A DNA stretch of 64,000 nt from the human T2T-CHM13v2.0 reference genome, Homo sapiens, in the NCBI RefSeq assembly GCF_009914755.1, contig NC_060934.1. One strand, written 5' to 3'. Shown in pieces: positions 49,176-64,000 of this stretch; position 1 is the first letter of the stretch; each line of letters starts with the position of its first letter. A model generated the notes under the pieces. It had not been told where the DNA came from. It saw only the letters and a list, made by a program, of their open reading frames with translations, and did not search any database. The translations under genes and the position numbers were made by a program.

Positions 49176-50454
49176 ATTTTTAAAACACCACTGACTGTCT
49201 ATAAAGGAAACTAGTAACAGTGGCTACTTATTTGGAGGATTTGTGGGGACTGGGTGGATGGGTGTCAGAGGTAGTAGAGACCCCACGTGAGTGTGTTATC
49301 TGTTGATAATTCAATACACTATATTTTTAAATGTCATCCTTGCACAGAACCCAATCGATTCTGTTGAATGAAAAAAGTGCAGAAGATAGCTTCCCTTCCA
49401 TCCGTTCCCATCTCCAGCACAAACCCCTGTTACTACTGATGTTGCCACTACTCCATGGGATGTTTCAGGACCCCCTGGACGGGAGCAGGCAGCTTTTCAA
49501 ATTCTTTTTCAATGTGGTTTTTAAAGCAATACTTGAGAATAATCAGCTTCCAGTAATAAGCCCTTGCATCACTCTAGAAAGTGTTTTCAAAAGTATGTTC
49601 TAATTAGGTCCTGAGACAATACCCTGAGACAGTTTATCTGTTCTAGGTTCTATTTTATAGAAGGGAAAACTGAAGTTGTGGGAAGTTAGGGGATCTGCCC
49701 ACGGTCATTCCTCTGGAAATGGCAGAGCCGATCAAGGTCTTCTGATTACAAGTTGAGCTTAGAGAAGGGTAACACCCCTATCATCCTTCCCAACTCCAAA
49801 AGAAGAAAGAAGAAAATGATAGCAAGATCTCCACAGATTTTCCTTCCATTCCATGACATTTTATGACAGACTGACATAAGTATGGGTCAGTCTGGGTCTT
49901 GGTCCTAGGGGACAGTAACGGCAGAGAGGGAAAAATATCCAAATTCTGTTTTGACTGTTGCACTTGTCCAGCAAGAGAGAAATGAGGAAGGAAAAATGTC
50001 CTTGGCTGGTGTGGAAAGAAATCTGCCAGTAAATCTGGTGGATGTTCCAACGTGCCAAAGATATCCCCCCAAGTCCTATTAACACCATGACACCGAACCA
50101 GAGAGGCGGTGAACACGTACTAACACTGCTGACATCTTGGCAGCTTTTGAAAGAAAGATCCCGTTGCTATTTACTAATGCGTGGGTGGGATATTTGAAGA
50201 TGGAGAGGTGCTGGAAAGGAACCAGAGTGTGGGAGGACTTTGCTCCCAAGGACTGAGTTGAATGTCACCCTGCATATGCTTTGCAAAAGTTTCCCTCCGT
50301 AAGATTTCCCCCTCTTCCATCTCCTACCCTCCAAATCGACCCTAGAGTCCCAGATCCTCCAACAGAGAGAAAGTGAGAACTATCAGGGAAGAGAATGAAA
50401 TGTGCCCTTCATATCTACAGTCCAGATCCACTGTCCAAGCTGAATGGAAACTTA

Positions 50455-50955
<501 letters not shown>

Positions 50956-51166
50956 TTAACAAAAGTCTAACATCTATTCTTACTGGAATAAAAGAGTGAT
51001 CATAACAGCAATTCTGACCCCTCCCCTAAGGTTAAGGAACAATGTTGACTGCTTCTGACATAACATGGTGTATTTATCCTGGGTAGGATAATTTGATGCT
51101 TGCCTTCCCACAGAAAAAGAAACGCTTAAAGTTTTTGGGTTTTTTTAAGAAAAAAGCAGCAAGTAG

Positions 51167-51466
51167 GCCAGGCACGGTGGCTCACGCCTGTAATCCCAGC
51201 ACTTTGGGAGGCTGAGGCAGGTGGATCATCTGAGGTCAGGAGTTCAAGACCAGCCAGGCCAACATGGTGAAACCCCCTCTCTACTAAAAATACGAAAATT
51301 AGCCAGGTGTGATGGCACATACCTGTAATCCCAACTACTTGGGAAGCTGAGGCAGGAGAATCACTTGAACCCTCGGAGGTGGGGATTGCAGTGAGCCGAG
51401 ATCATGCCATTGCACTCTAGCCTGGTCTACAGAGTGAGACTCCATCTCAAAAGAAAAAAAAAAAAA
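51167..51466 (+). mobile_element. AluSx
   Basis: TSD agcaagta. Confidence 0.92.
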
Positions 51467-51601
51467 GAAGCAAGTAGTAGTCAATAATTCACAACTATTT
51501 TAATCACTCCAGGGTATGTAAAAATATCTTAGGGAGCATCAGAAAACTTTAAAAAGTCAATGTAATTTTAATTTCAAATTAAGTTTTAAACTAATGGGCT
51601 A

Positions 51602-51907
<306 letters not shown>

Positions 51908-52669
51908 CACAATGGGCTAATTTTATGTAGCTTTGATGTGGTCCCTTTCAAAGTGGGTAGGGAGTAAAAACGGCACAAGCAGAGGTCTGGAAACGTGCAG
52001 AGTCCCTCAGATTGAACTAAATTCTGCTCCACAGCAGCTCAGCAAAGTGAAATAATGATCTTCCTCACCTCAAGTTTCCACTTTTTCTCTGAGCCTGGAA
52101 TGCTCCCACACTTTGTTATCTAAGAGGCCAGGGTGATTCAAGGGAAAGGGAAAAGGAATTCTCCCCCAAGATCAACATCTGATCAACAGAAATAGATCTG
52201 CCTTCAGGCTGAAACAATTCTCCACGGTCCCATTGTTCTTTGTTTTTCCCAAATGATGGAAAAATCTAATTCCAGAAAAATGTTAGTAGCTAGATTGTGA
52301 CCATAGTGCTAAGAAGTTATGTAGCTTAAGATTTTAAGGGCTAACCTATTAAAGATCAGAATAATATCTGATCTCTTGACATAAATCTATTATATAGTCA
52401 TATAAACAAAGCTCCCACAAGATGGGGAACAAAAGGGCCAAGCCTAAAAAGCCTTCGCTTGGAAGAAATTAAGTATGACTCGGGCTTGGGATGCTCAGGC
52501 TTAGACTTGCTGGGTCCAACTCAATATGGAGTAGGCAACAGTAATGATTAAGAAGGAGAAAAGGAAGAATAAAAACAGGTGCTCAGAACCACATTGGGAG
52601 CAAACTACATGAGAAGCGTTCAGAAAGTTCTAACTTTCTAACCATCAGGGAGGGGTTAGAAAAGTCTAG

Positions 52670-53011
<342 letters not shown>

Positions 53012-53129
53012 TAGTTGGACGTACCAGCCCTTCACAGGAATAGCTTCTGTGCAAGAGCATGAAGAAGGCCTCCAGGGTCCAGGGAGCCCTGGGAGAAGCT
53101 CCCTTTGAATCTCCCTTTGAAGCGGGTTT

Positions 53130-53468
53130 GAATCCTGTCCTTTGCAGACATGGATGCAGCTGGAGGCCATTATCCTAAGCAAATGAACGCAGGAACAGAA
53201 ACCCAAACACTGCATGTTCTCACTTATAATGGGAGCTAAACATTGAGTACACATGGACACAAAGATGGCAACAATAGACACGGGGGCCTACGTGAGGGTG
53301 GGAGGAGGGTGAGGATGGAAAAACTACCTCTCAGGTACTGTGCTCACTACCTGGGTGCGAAACGATTGGTATACCAAACCCCAGTGGCACGCAATTTACC
53401 CACGTCATAAACCTACACACGTACCCCCTGAACCTAAAATAAAAGTTGGAAGGAAAACAAAATAAAAA
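53130..53468 (+). mobile_element. L1PA15/16-type 3' end
   Basis: catggatgcagctggaggccattatcctaagc...gaacctaaaataaaagtt. Confidence 0.85.
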
Positions 53469-54193
53469 AGACAATAAGGGGATTCGGAAGAACAAGGCAG
53501 CTACCCTAGGCCATCCCACCAGACAAGAGAAAGACACTTCCCTCAAACCCTTCTTGATGGGTGGAAAGAAGGGAGTCTCTTAACATGTGCAAATGGGTTC
53601 GTTAATGGAAAAAAAAAAAAAAGTCCTTATTCCATGTGATACCCACATCAGAACTCTCTCTCCAGCAGTGTGTCACATTGCCCTAAAAATGTCTTCAATC
53701 GGGGACCGGAAGAGATGGGTCACAGCCCCAGAGGCCTAGACTGGCCTGGCCCCCACTATCATCCCAACTTGGTTGTGGCAAAGCCCATTGCTTTGGAAGA
53801 GTGATGATCATCAAAATGTTCCTCCAACTCTGGCATTTGGCCCAGATCGGAAGACTCTTTTATATTTTCATTCCCAACCCTTACGATCCCGACCCTTACA
53901 TTTTGCAACCACCTTGGCCATCCTGCACCTCTACGTCTTACCAACTATAGTTAAGAATCACAGAAGTGGTAGCTATGATAGCAATTTCATTTCATTTCCC
54001 TCAGCACTTTTCCTTTCCTCTAAGACAATTTCTTAGGGCCCTGTGCTGTCCATGACAATCATACACAGTCAGGAACAGTCGTAACGGCTCACATGTATTG
54101 AGCACTTACTCTTTTAAGCATTACGCTAACGGATTTACATAATTATAGTTTTTACATATTTAAATCATATTGCATTAGCCCTCTGACATAGAT

Positions 54194-54383
54194 CAGGGGT
54201 GTCCAATCTTTTGGGCCCCATTGGAAGAAGAATTGTCTTGGGCCACACATAAAATACACTAACACTAACGATAGCTGATAAGCAAAAAAAAATTGCAGAA
54301 AAATCTCGTAATGTTCTAAGAAAGTTTACAAATTTGTGTTGGGCCACATTCAAACTGTCCTGGGCTGCAGGTTGGACAAGCCT
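54194..54383 (+). mobile_element. MER30 (hAT-Charlie) inserted in a MIR (54070-54440)
   Basis: TIRs caggggtgtccaa / ttggacaagcctg; 8-bp TSD a(c/t)atagat. Confidence 0.88.
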
Positions 54384-54702
54384 GATATAGATGCTACTAT
54401 TGTCCCTGTTCTGTAGAAGAGGAAACTGAGGCTCAGCATGCCAATCTTCATCTCATCTTGTTCTCATACTTTGGGAAGAACTCCTTATCCAACAGTAAAG
54501 CTTCAGGGATCCAAAGTTTATGAATGGTCTTTTTTAACAGCTGGGAGGTAAGGAGGGATAGCAGGAGAGAGAGAGGGCATACGCTAATACTCTCTGATCT
54601 GGGCTTTTGGAAGAGTATTCTTGATTCCTTTGGTCACAAAATTCACACAAGGTGTAGCTATACTATTGTTTTGCTGTGGCACAGGATTTAGCCAATTCTT
54701 AC

Positions 54703-54877
54703 CCTACTGTCTTCCTGGATTTCCCAGTCACTGGAGAAAGTCGCCAGCTGCTGCCCTTGCGAACAGTTTGAAAACTGGAAAAGGCTAGAAAACATCCTTC
54801 TGTTCTCTTGAGTGTCTGGGAAGATGGCATCTTGGAAATTGACTCCGTGAGGCAAGAGGTTATAATTTTCATCCATC
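54703..54877 (-). CDS. CCDC3: CCDC3 coding exon 2, codons 125-183
   Basis: Acceptor TTTTTTTCCTCCATTAG|G, donor AGG|GTAAGA; 175 nt joins exon 1 in frame (AG+G=Arg) giving MDENYNLLPHGVNFQDAIFPDTQENRRMFSSLFQFSNCSQGQQLATFSSDWEIQEDSR. Confidence 0.96.
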
Positions 54878-57561
<2,684 letters not shown>

Positions 57562-57935
57562 CTGAGGAAGAAGAAATAGGAGTAGTCCTGGACCACGGTG
57601 TGGGAGTGGCACGAGAAGTAGCCCAGGCCGGTGAGGTTGAGCCTGGAGCCGGCGGGCACCTCCAGCATGCTGCCCCACGCCTGGTCGCACAGCATCTCGA
57701 CCTCGGCCGAGTAGAAGAGGCCCCCCTGGCCGGCGTGGTACTGCCAGGGCAGGTGGTTGTAGAGGCCGGGCGCCTCGGGGTGCAGCGCCAGCACCCTGGC
57801 GTACACGATGGTCTCGGCCAGCTCGGCGCGGCAGCCCTCGCTCAGGGGCCTCCACTCGGAGGGCAGCTGGCAGGCGCGCGCGGGCGCTGGGGGACCCGCC
57901 AGGCAGAGCGCGGCGAGCAGCAGCTGGCGCAGCAT
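57562..57935 (-). CDS. CCDC3: CCDC3 (Favine) coding exon 1, codons 1-125 (signal peptide + N-terminal domain)
   Basis: ATG at 57935 gives MLRQLLLAALCLAGPPAPARA-CQLPSEWRPLSEGC...YSYFFFLR, recognised as the CCDC3 N-terminus; donor CAG|GTGAGC at 57562/57561; 374 nt, phase 2. Confidence 0.97.
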
Positions 57936-58099
57936 GCCGGGCCCTCCCGGGGCGCACGGGGCGGCGGCGGGGAGCCCGGGGAGCCCGCCGGCCCGGGAAG
58001 GGCAGCCCTGGGCGCTCGGCTGCTCGGGCCGCTCCCGGGAGCTGAGCGCACCGCTGTCTCCGCCACGGGGCTCGGCATGCCCGGCCCTGGCGCGCCACG

Positions 58100-58225
58100 C
58101 TTTAAAAGGGTCCCGGGGACTGGACGCGCCGGGCGCCCGCCTCCCGCCCTGCCCCCTGCGGCTGGGGCGTGGGCGGGGGAGGGGCGGGGAGTCGGGCGGG
58201 TCCCGGCGCCGGCTGGGGCGGGGAC
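58100..58225 (-). promoter_or_regulatory. Core promoter: TATA-like TTTTAAA (58107-58101) and several Sp/KLF GC boxes; TSS inferred near 58075-58080
   Basis: Isolated AT run in the GC island ~170 nt upstream of the ATG; GGGCGG repeats at 58171-58222. Confidence 0.7.
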
Positions 58226-58742
58226 CAGGGACTCGGAGAACGCGGGGACGCCGGGACCCAGCCCTGAATTGGGGACAGTGGCCCAGCAATCTCCTGGCGC
58301 CCCACGATGGACGTGGTCCGAGCTTGCCAGGCGTAAAGCCTGTTTGCAAACGCAAGGCATTCATTAAAGAATGACTCTTAATTTGCACGATTACTGCCTA
58401 AGTTTTTACATTTTCTCTACATTTCAGAGTAAAAATACATAGAAACCAAATCTGACTTTATATTCCCAGAGATTAGGAAATTCAGTGTGGGCTGAGATCT
58501 CGTGCTCTCTCAGATTTGCTAGTTATTTAATGAAGATCTTAGAAAAGCTTTGATAAAAGATTCCAAAAAGCAATCATTTGGCCCTGATTTTCTTGGTTTC
58601 CATAATCCCTGATTCCATTTTCTAAACACTGTACACCTGAGAAATACATTCAGAAGTAAATCCCAAACAGCTTTTCACATCAGTGAGTGAATTTGAGGAT
58701 ACTGACTCCACAGTTCCATCTTTATCTCTAAAGGCAACAGGT

Positions 58743-59042
58743 TTTTTGTTTTGTTTTTTGTTTTTTTCTTGAGACAAGGTCTATATCTGTCACCCAGGCT
58801 GGAGTACAGTGGCTCCATCAGGGCTCACTGCAGCCTCGACCTCCCCTGGGCTCAGGTGATCCTCCCAGGTCAGTCTCCCAAGTAGCTGGGAATACAAGCA
58901 CACTGCCACCCCGGATAATTTTTTGTTTTTAGTAGAGACAGGCTATGTTGCTCAGGCTGGTCTCAAACTCCTGGGCTCAATCGATCCTCCCACCTCAGCC
59001 TCCCAAAGTGCTGAACTTTCAGGCGTGAGCCCCCACATCCAC
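58743..59042 (-). mobile_element. AluJ
   Basis: gctcactgcagcctcgacc; ctcctgggctcaa. Confidence 0.88.
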
Positions 59043-59074
59043 CCTGAATATTTAAATTATGCAATTTCATAATG

Positions 59075-59465
59075 CTATTAGTCTCCCAGGGCTGCCATAA
59101 TAAAATACTCTAGTCTGGTGGCTTAAATAACAGACCTTACTTTCTCAGAGTTTTGGAGGCAGGAAGTCCAAGATTAAAGTGCTAGGGTTGGTTACTGGTG
59201 AGGCCTCTCTTCCTGGCTTACAGACGGCCACCTTCTCACTGTGTCCTCACGTGGCCTTCTCTCTGTGTGTGATGGAGAAAGAGTGAGCCCTGGTCTCTTC
59301 CTCTTCTAACAAGGTCACTAGTCCTATGGGGTTATCACCCCACCCTTATGTCCTCATTTAATTACCTGCCTGAAGACCCTATTTCCAAATACAGTCACAT
59401 TAGGGAGTTAGCACTTCAACATATGAATTTGGAGGTGGGAGGGGAGACATAATTCAGTCTATATG
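59075..59465 (-). mobile_element. MLT1A-type MaLR LTR
   Basis: tattagtctcccagggctgccataa...ggaggcaggaagtccaagatt...caacatatgaatttgg. Confidence 0.8.
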
Positions 59466-59574
59466 AGCTATTTAGCAGGTGTTCTGCAGGTTTGCTAGAG
59501 AAAGAGAGCAGGGATCCCAAATGGTTTATATTCCTGGCAGGCAGACTCACAGCACACACTGCCAAGTTATAATA

Positions 59575-59815
59575 AGAATTGCTAAACCTTAGTCATTGTT
59601 GACCATGGGCCAATCACTGTTGTAAGGACTGTACATATGTCATCTTAATAAATTCTCCAAACAATATTCTGAAGTAGATATAACTATTATCCTCATTTTA
59701 CAGATAACAGGCACAGAGAAGTTAATTGACACCAAAGATCACAAAGCTACAAGTTGACCAAGCTAGGATTCAGCTCCCAGCAATCAGACTCCAGATCCAT
59801 GTACTTAACTACAAC
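59575..59815 (-). mobile_element. MIR
   Basis: attatcctcattttacagat..aggcacagagaagttaa. Confidence 0.75.
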
Positions 59816-60329
59816 ACTAGAATAGGGCCAAATATAGGAAATGCTCTAAAGACACAGGTCGGCCCTTTAACCAGGATATACACAGAGCAAATTAAGAGAA
59901 AACCTTAGCAGAGTCACCAATGATGGCTCAAGGAGTGTGCAACTGACCTAACATTAATTCTGTATGACCCAGAATCCCTGCTCTATTTTAGTCCTATACT
60001 GTAACTCATCAGATAAGATAGTAAGAAAGTTTTTCTTACTAACTGCATCTTCAAGTGTCTTGAAGGCCTGGAAAAGATTTGTCTACCCCAAAAGACTGTA
60101 AGGCCCTCTCTTTTCTTTCCACATAGGTGAGCAAATAAATAAAAATCAGCAAACATGGCTGTTTTTTCTCTTGTTGTATAAACTTGACAGAATCAAAACT
60201 CTTCCAATACTTCCCACAGTGTATTTTGCAGAAGTGAGCACCTGCAAGAAATCGTCCTCATGGATTCAGCAGACACATCAGTCATGCTTTTCTCCCCTGT
60301 AAGATCTGGCAGAGTGCCTCACTGATTGG

Positions 60330-63300
60330 GTTTCTCTTCCTGATTGAGCCATTGCAGTGTACCGTAGTGAGCAGTTCCTCTTTGGGGACTAAGACTTCCA
60401 AACAAGCAGAGCTCAAGGTAGCCAGGAGGGGAAACAAAACTTCTGTGAGTGAATTATTGGGTTTAATAGTGACATGAGCCACTTCCATCTCTTGATTCCG
60501 AGACCTATATGTCCTGGCTGTGGGGTGGATAGTACCGTATATGTATGTTCTGTTTCAAAGCACACACAGTAAGTACACTTTAAGATGGACTCCATCATTT
60601 CAGTGTGGTGACTCCCAACTGACACTATAATTAAGTCTTCACTAAACTGTTACATCCTTCAAAATTTGTCCAGTTGCTTCCAGGTGATGGGACATGTGGT
60701 AAAACCAGTTAATTCTATGGCCTTGAGACCACTGCTGCACTTCATTGCTGTGAAAGAAGCAATGCTGTGGGAATCATTGATCAGAAACATCACTATGGGA
60801 AATTCCATGATGGTGGATAAGGTGCCCCATGAGTCCATAGATGGTGCTACTGGCAGAAGCATTATGGCAGGGAAGGCATATCCGTGTCCAGAATGTGTCT
60901 ATTTCAGTGAGGACAAATCTCTGACCCCCACCCCCCACCCCAAGATGGAAAAGGTCCGATGGAATCAACCTGCCACCAGGTGGCTGACTAGTTCCCCAGG
61001 TGAATGGGGCCACATTAGGGGATCCATGTTGGCCTCTATTGTTGACATATTAGGCTCTCAGCAGTAGTAGTAGTGTTAGCTAGGCCAGCCGTGGTAAGAG
61101 GAAGTCCACATTGTTGAGGCAATGAATACCCTCTGTTTCTGCCACCATGGCCACTCTGTTTATGGGCTCATTGAGTAAGCAGTAGAGTGGCCAAGAAAAG
61201 AGACTGACAGACACCCACTGAGTACATCAATTGCCCACCTAATCACTAAGAACTTCCCCTCCACTGAATGCACTTTGGTCATCATTCACATGGGTCACAA
61301 ATATCTTCACACTTGGTAACCGTTATAAGATGTCCATTCATTCACCTCTTCCCAAGATGTCCTTGTCATCAATCTTCTGATCCTATTTCTTTCAAGTCCC
61401 TAACCATCAACCAAACCACTAGCAACTGCCCACGAATCAGTGTCCATGTGTACTCCCAGCCCTCTCTTAGTCTAGACATAGCATACAACAAAATCTGCTG
61501 CTCAAAGTTCTATCGACTGGGAGAATTTTTCTTCACCAGTGTCCTTCAGGATCACCCATGAGTGAAACTGAGTAATATCTGTGTGTAATACAGAAAAATC
61601 TTCAAACCAGTCTTGTTATTTCTTCCTCATTCAACTGGAGTATCTTCAAGAGGCCATAAACCATATGAGTGGAAGAGGCAACGTACCTTCAGAGTCAAAG
61701 GAATCTAAGCCACTTGCCCATGCAACTTGCTTGCACCATCTGGACCTGCCCAATCCCAGTCTCTTGGATACCATTTCCATTTAATGGTAGATTGCTGCTG
61801 CGCACACATGGCCTTATGTCTAGGAGGGTCATACAACACCCAATTCATGATGAGAAGTTCAGATTACATAATCACCCAGCATACCATGGTTAGGCATTCA
61901 ATCTCTACCACAGCCTAGTAGCAAGGGAGATGCTATTTTTCAAAAGGCAAACAGCCATATCCAGAATAAGGCATAGATGTGCACTAAAACCCCAGAGTTT
62001 TGTGCTGTGATTTTCCTTCTGGTGCTTTCTAAAGACTCCATACAACATTCCTGTTTGCCATAAATACTTTATCACTGGACCTTCTAGATAATAAGGCTCA
62101 AGTGATACAGTGACTTGTACACAGCCTGAACTTGCTGCAGAGACTTCTCAGAACTTGCTCAACACCACTTGAAACTGGCAGCCTTAGAGATAACTCTATA
62201 GATGAATTCAAAAAGCATTTTTAAATGTGGCATATGTTCCCTCCTAAATACAAAAAGGCTGAACACACATTTTCCCTCTTTTCCCATTTAGATCATCCAA
62301 GGACCAGCAACTTTCCTTTTGCCTTGGAGGAGTGACAATTGAGCCCCCAGAAACCATACTGAGGTGGCAGGTCCCTGAATTTTTGTGGGGCCTATCTCCC
62401 ACCTTATATCTTACCAAGGCCTCTAAAGTATATGGTGTTTCATGAACATCAGATCCATTCATCATACTGTCATCCATGAGGTAATCCAATGTGATGTTTT
62501 GTGGAACGTCAAGACAATCAACATCTCTGCAGAATAAATGTGATAGAGAGCAGGAGAATTGACATAGCCTGAGGCAAAACTGAAAGTATACTGTTAGCCC
62601 TGACAGGTAAATGCAAACTGTTGCTGGCAATCCTTGCAAATCAGTGAGGAGAAAAGGGCAGGTCAGTAGCTACGAAGCAAATGCTGGGAGACATATCAAT
62701 TTGCTCCAGGAAAGATACTACATCTAGGACAGCAGCTGGAATTTTAGCCACCACCTCATTAAGTTCATAGTAGTCTTCAGTCATTCTTCAAGACCCATGC
62801 AACTTTTGCACAGCCCAACTGATGAGTTCAGTGGAGATGTGATAACTATCGCCACTTCTTTCAAGTCTTTGATGGCAGCATGGATTTTTGCAATCCCCTC
62901 AGGGATGCAATATTGCTTCTGATTTATTCTCTTGGTAGAAATGAAAGTTCTAGGAGCTTCTGCTTAGTCCTTCCAACAATAAAAGCCATCACCCATGGGT
63001 CAGAGAGAAAATGTGGGGGTTTGTCAGTTGTCAACTTTGGTCCCTTTGGAGAAGTCTTAGAGGAGGATTTATGGTGTGTGCATGTGGCAATGGTGCAGGG
63101 TCCTTCCTCAAGGGCACCTGGCTTACCTTTCAGTCAAAAGGCTCTGTGTCTATAAATTTACTTATGTCTAAAAGCTGGGTAAGGGGCTTCAGTTCCTCTC
63201 TGTGGGAATTCAAGTCAGGTTTTCAGCTACCAGAGTTTTTGCTGTTATATAGATCAGGCACTACACTCACAGGTTGCCCACATATTTACTTTCAAGAGAC

Positions 63301-64000
63301 ATCATGATCAACTATCCACTGTCAAAGATCTCTGCCAATCGAAACATTCTGATTACTAGTATGCCCCTCCCGACCTTTACGGTAGAGGTACTTACCTTCC
63401 CTTTGGCAGTTAAGTGCTGCCGTTTGACCCCTTTTCGATGGCATCGTCCTGTACTAGAGTCATAACTTTTCTAGAAAGAGGAGAAACCACAGAGATGTTC
63501 AAGGATGCAGTACTTCCTTCATTAATATATTTCTCATTGCTGTCGTGAAGGAAATACCTCTGGGTCATCTTGTGGAATGTAGTTGGCAGGTGGCTGTGCA
63601 GGTCACACATCGAGTATTCAGTTCAACCTTCCTAATTCCCTAAGCCTTTGGATTCCCTCCTTTACATTGTTTCAGGGAAGCTCTGGCATCTCAGCCAGCA
63701 TGGAATTCCTTCAAATTGTAGTCAACCAATCAAGTAAGCTATTAGAGTCACCTCTAGAAGTATATTAAATTTATACTCTCAAACGCATCAAAACAATAAA
63801 TTTTGCCAAAACTAGTATTATATTCTGCCCACTTTGGTTCTGCCTGGAGTCTGCTGATATATATAGGCAGTCTTGCAATTTCTTTAGTGTCTGGGCTATT
63901 TCCTCCTGGATTATAGTGTGTACCTGTCTCCCGGAACATGCTGAGCTTTTACCTTGGTTATACCACTAGTTGAACTTAATTATGACTACAATTGCCTTAT
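60330..64000 (-). mobile_element. Decayed class III ERV-L-related internal region (gag - RT - RNaseH - integrase - start of dUTPase-like)
   Basis: Minus-strand remnants: RMTEDYYELNEVVAKIPAAVLDVVSFLEQI; QFAFTCQG*QYTF/PQGYVNSPAL; ITLDYLMDD (YIDD equivalent); GQRFVLTEIDT and ISHSDVSDQ (integrase); SACLEVLVP; many stops and frameshifts. Confidence 0.88.

Overview
Primate (almost certainly human) genomic DNA containing the 5' part of CCDC3 (Favine) on the minus strand. It has a CpG-island promoter with GC boxes and a TATA-like element (~58100), coding exon 1 (57935-57562, signal peptide), coding exon 2 (54877-54703), and more than 54 kb of the following intron. The last coding exon lies outside the window. 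The rest is dominated by interspersed repeats: ~40 Alus, L1M/L1P fragments, L2/MIR, MaLR and ERV1 LTRs, an ERV1 remnant with a decayed env, hAT/Tc1 DNA-transposon fossils, and a decayed ERV-L gag-pol upstream of the promoter. Most ORFs in the supplied track are repeat-derived noise. Best leads: the exon 1-2 protein reads like an agrin-NtA/TIMP-type OB-fold; a ~70-bp-arm palindrome carries a 36-bp tandem repeat at its apex; a perfect DR1 nuclear-receptor element; an inverted templated insertion preserving a pre-Alu ancestral site; an overlapping uORF at the predicted TSS. Repeat subfamily names come from remembered consensus sequences, and repeat boundaries are approximate.
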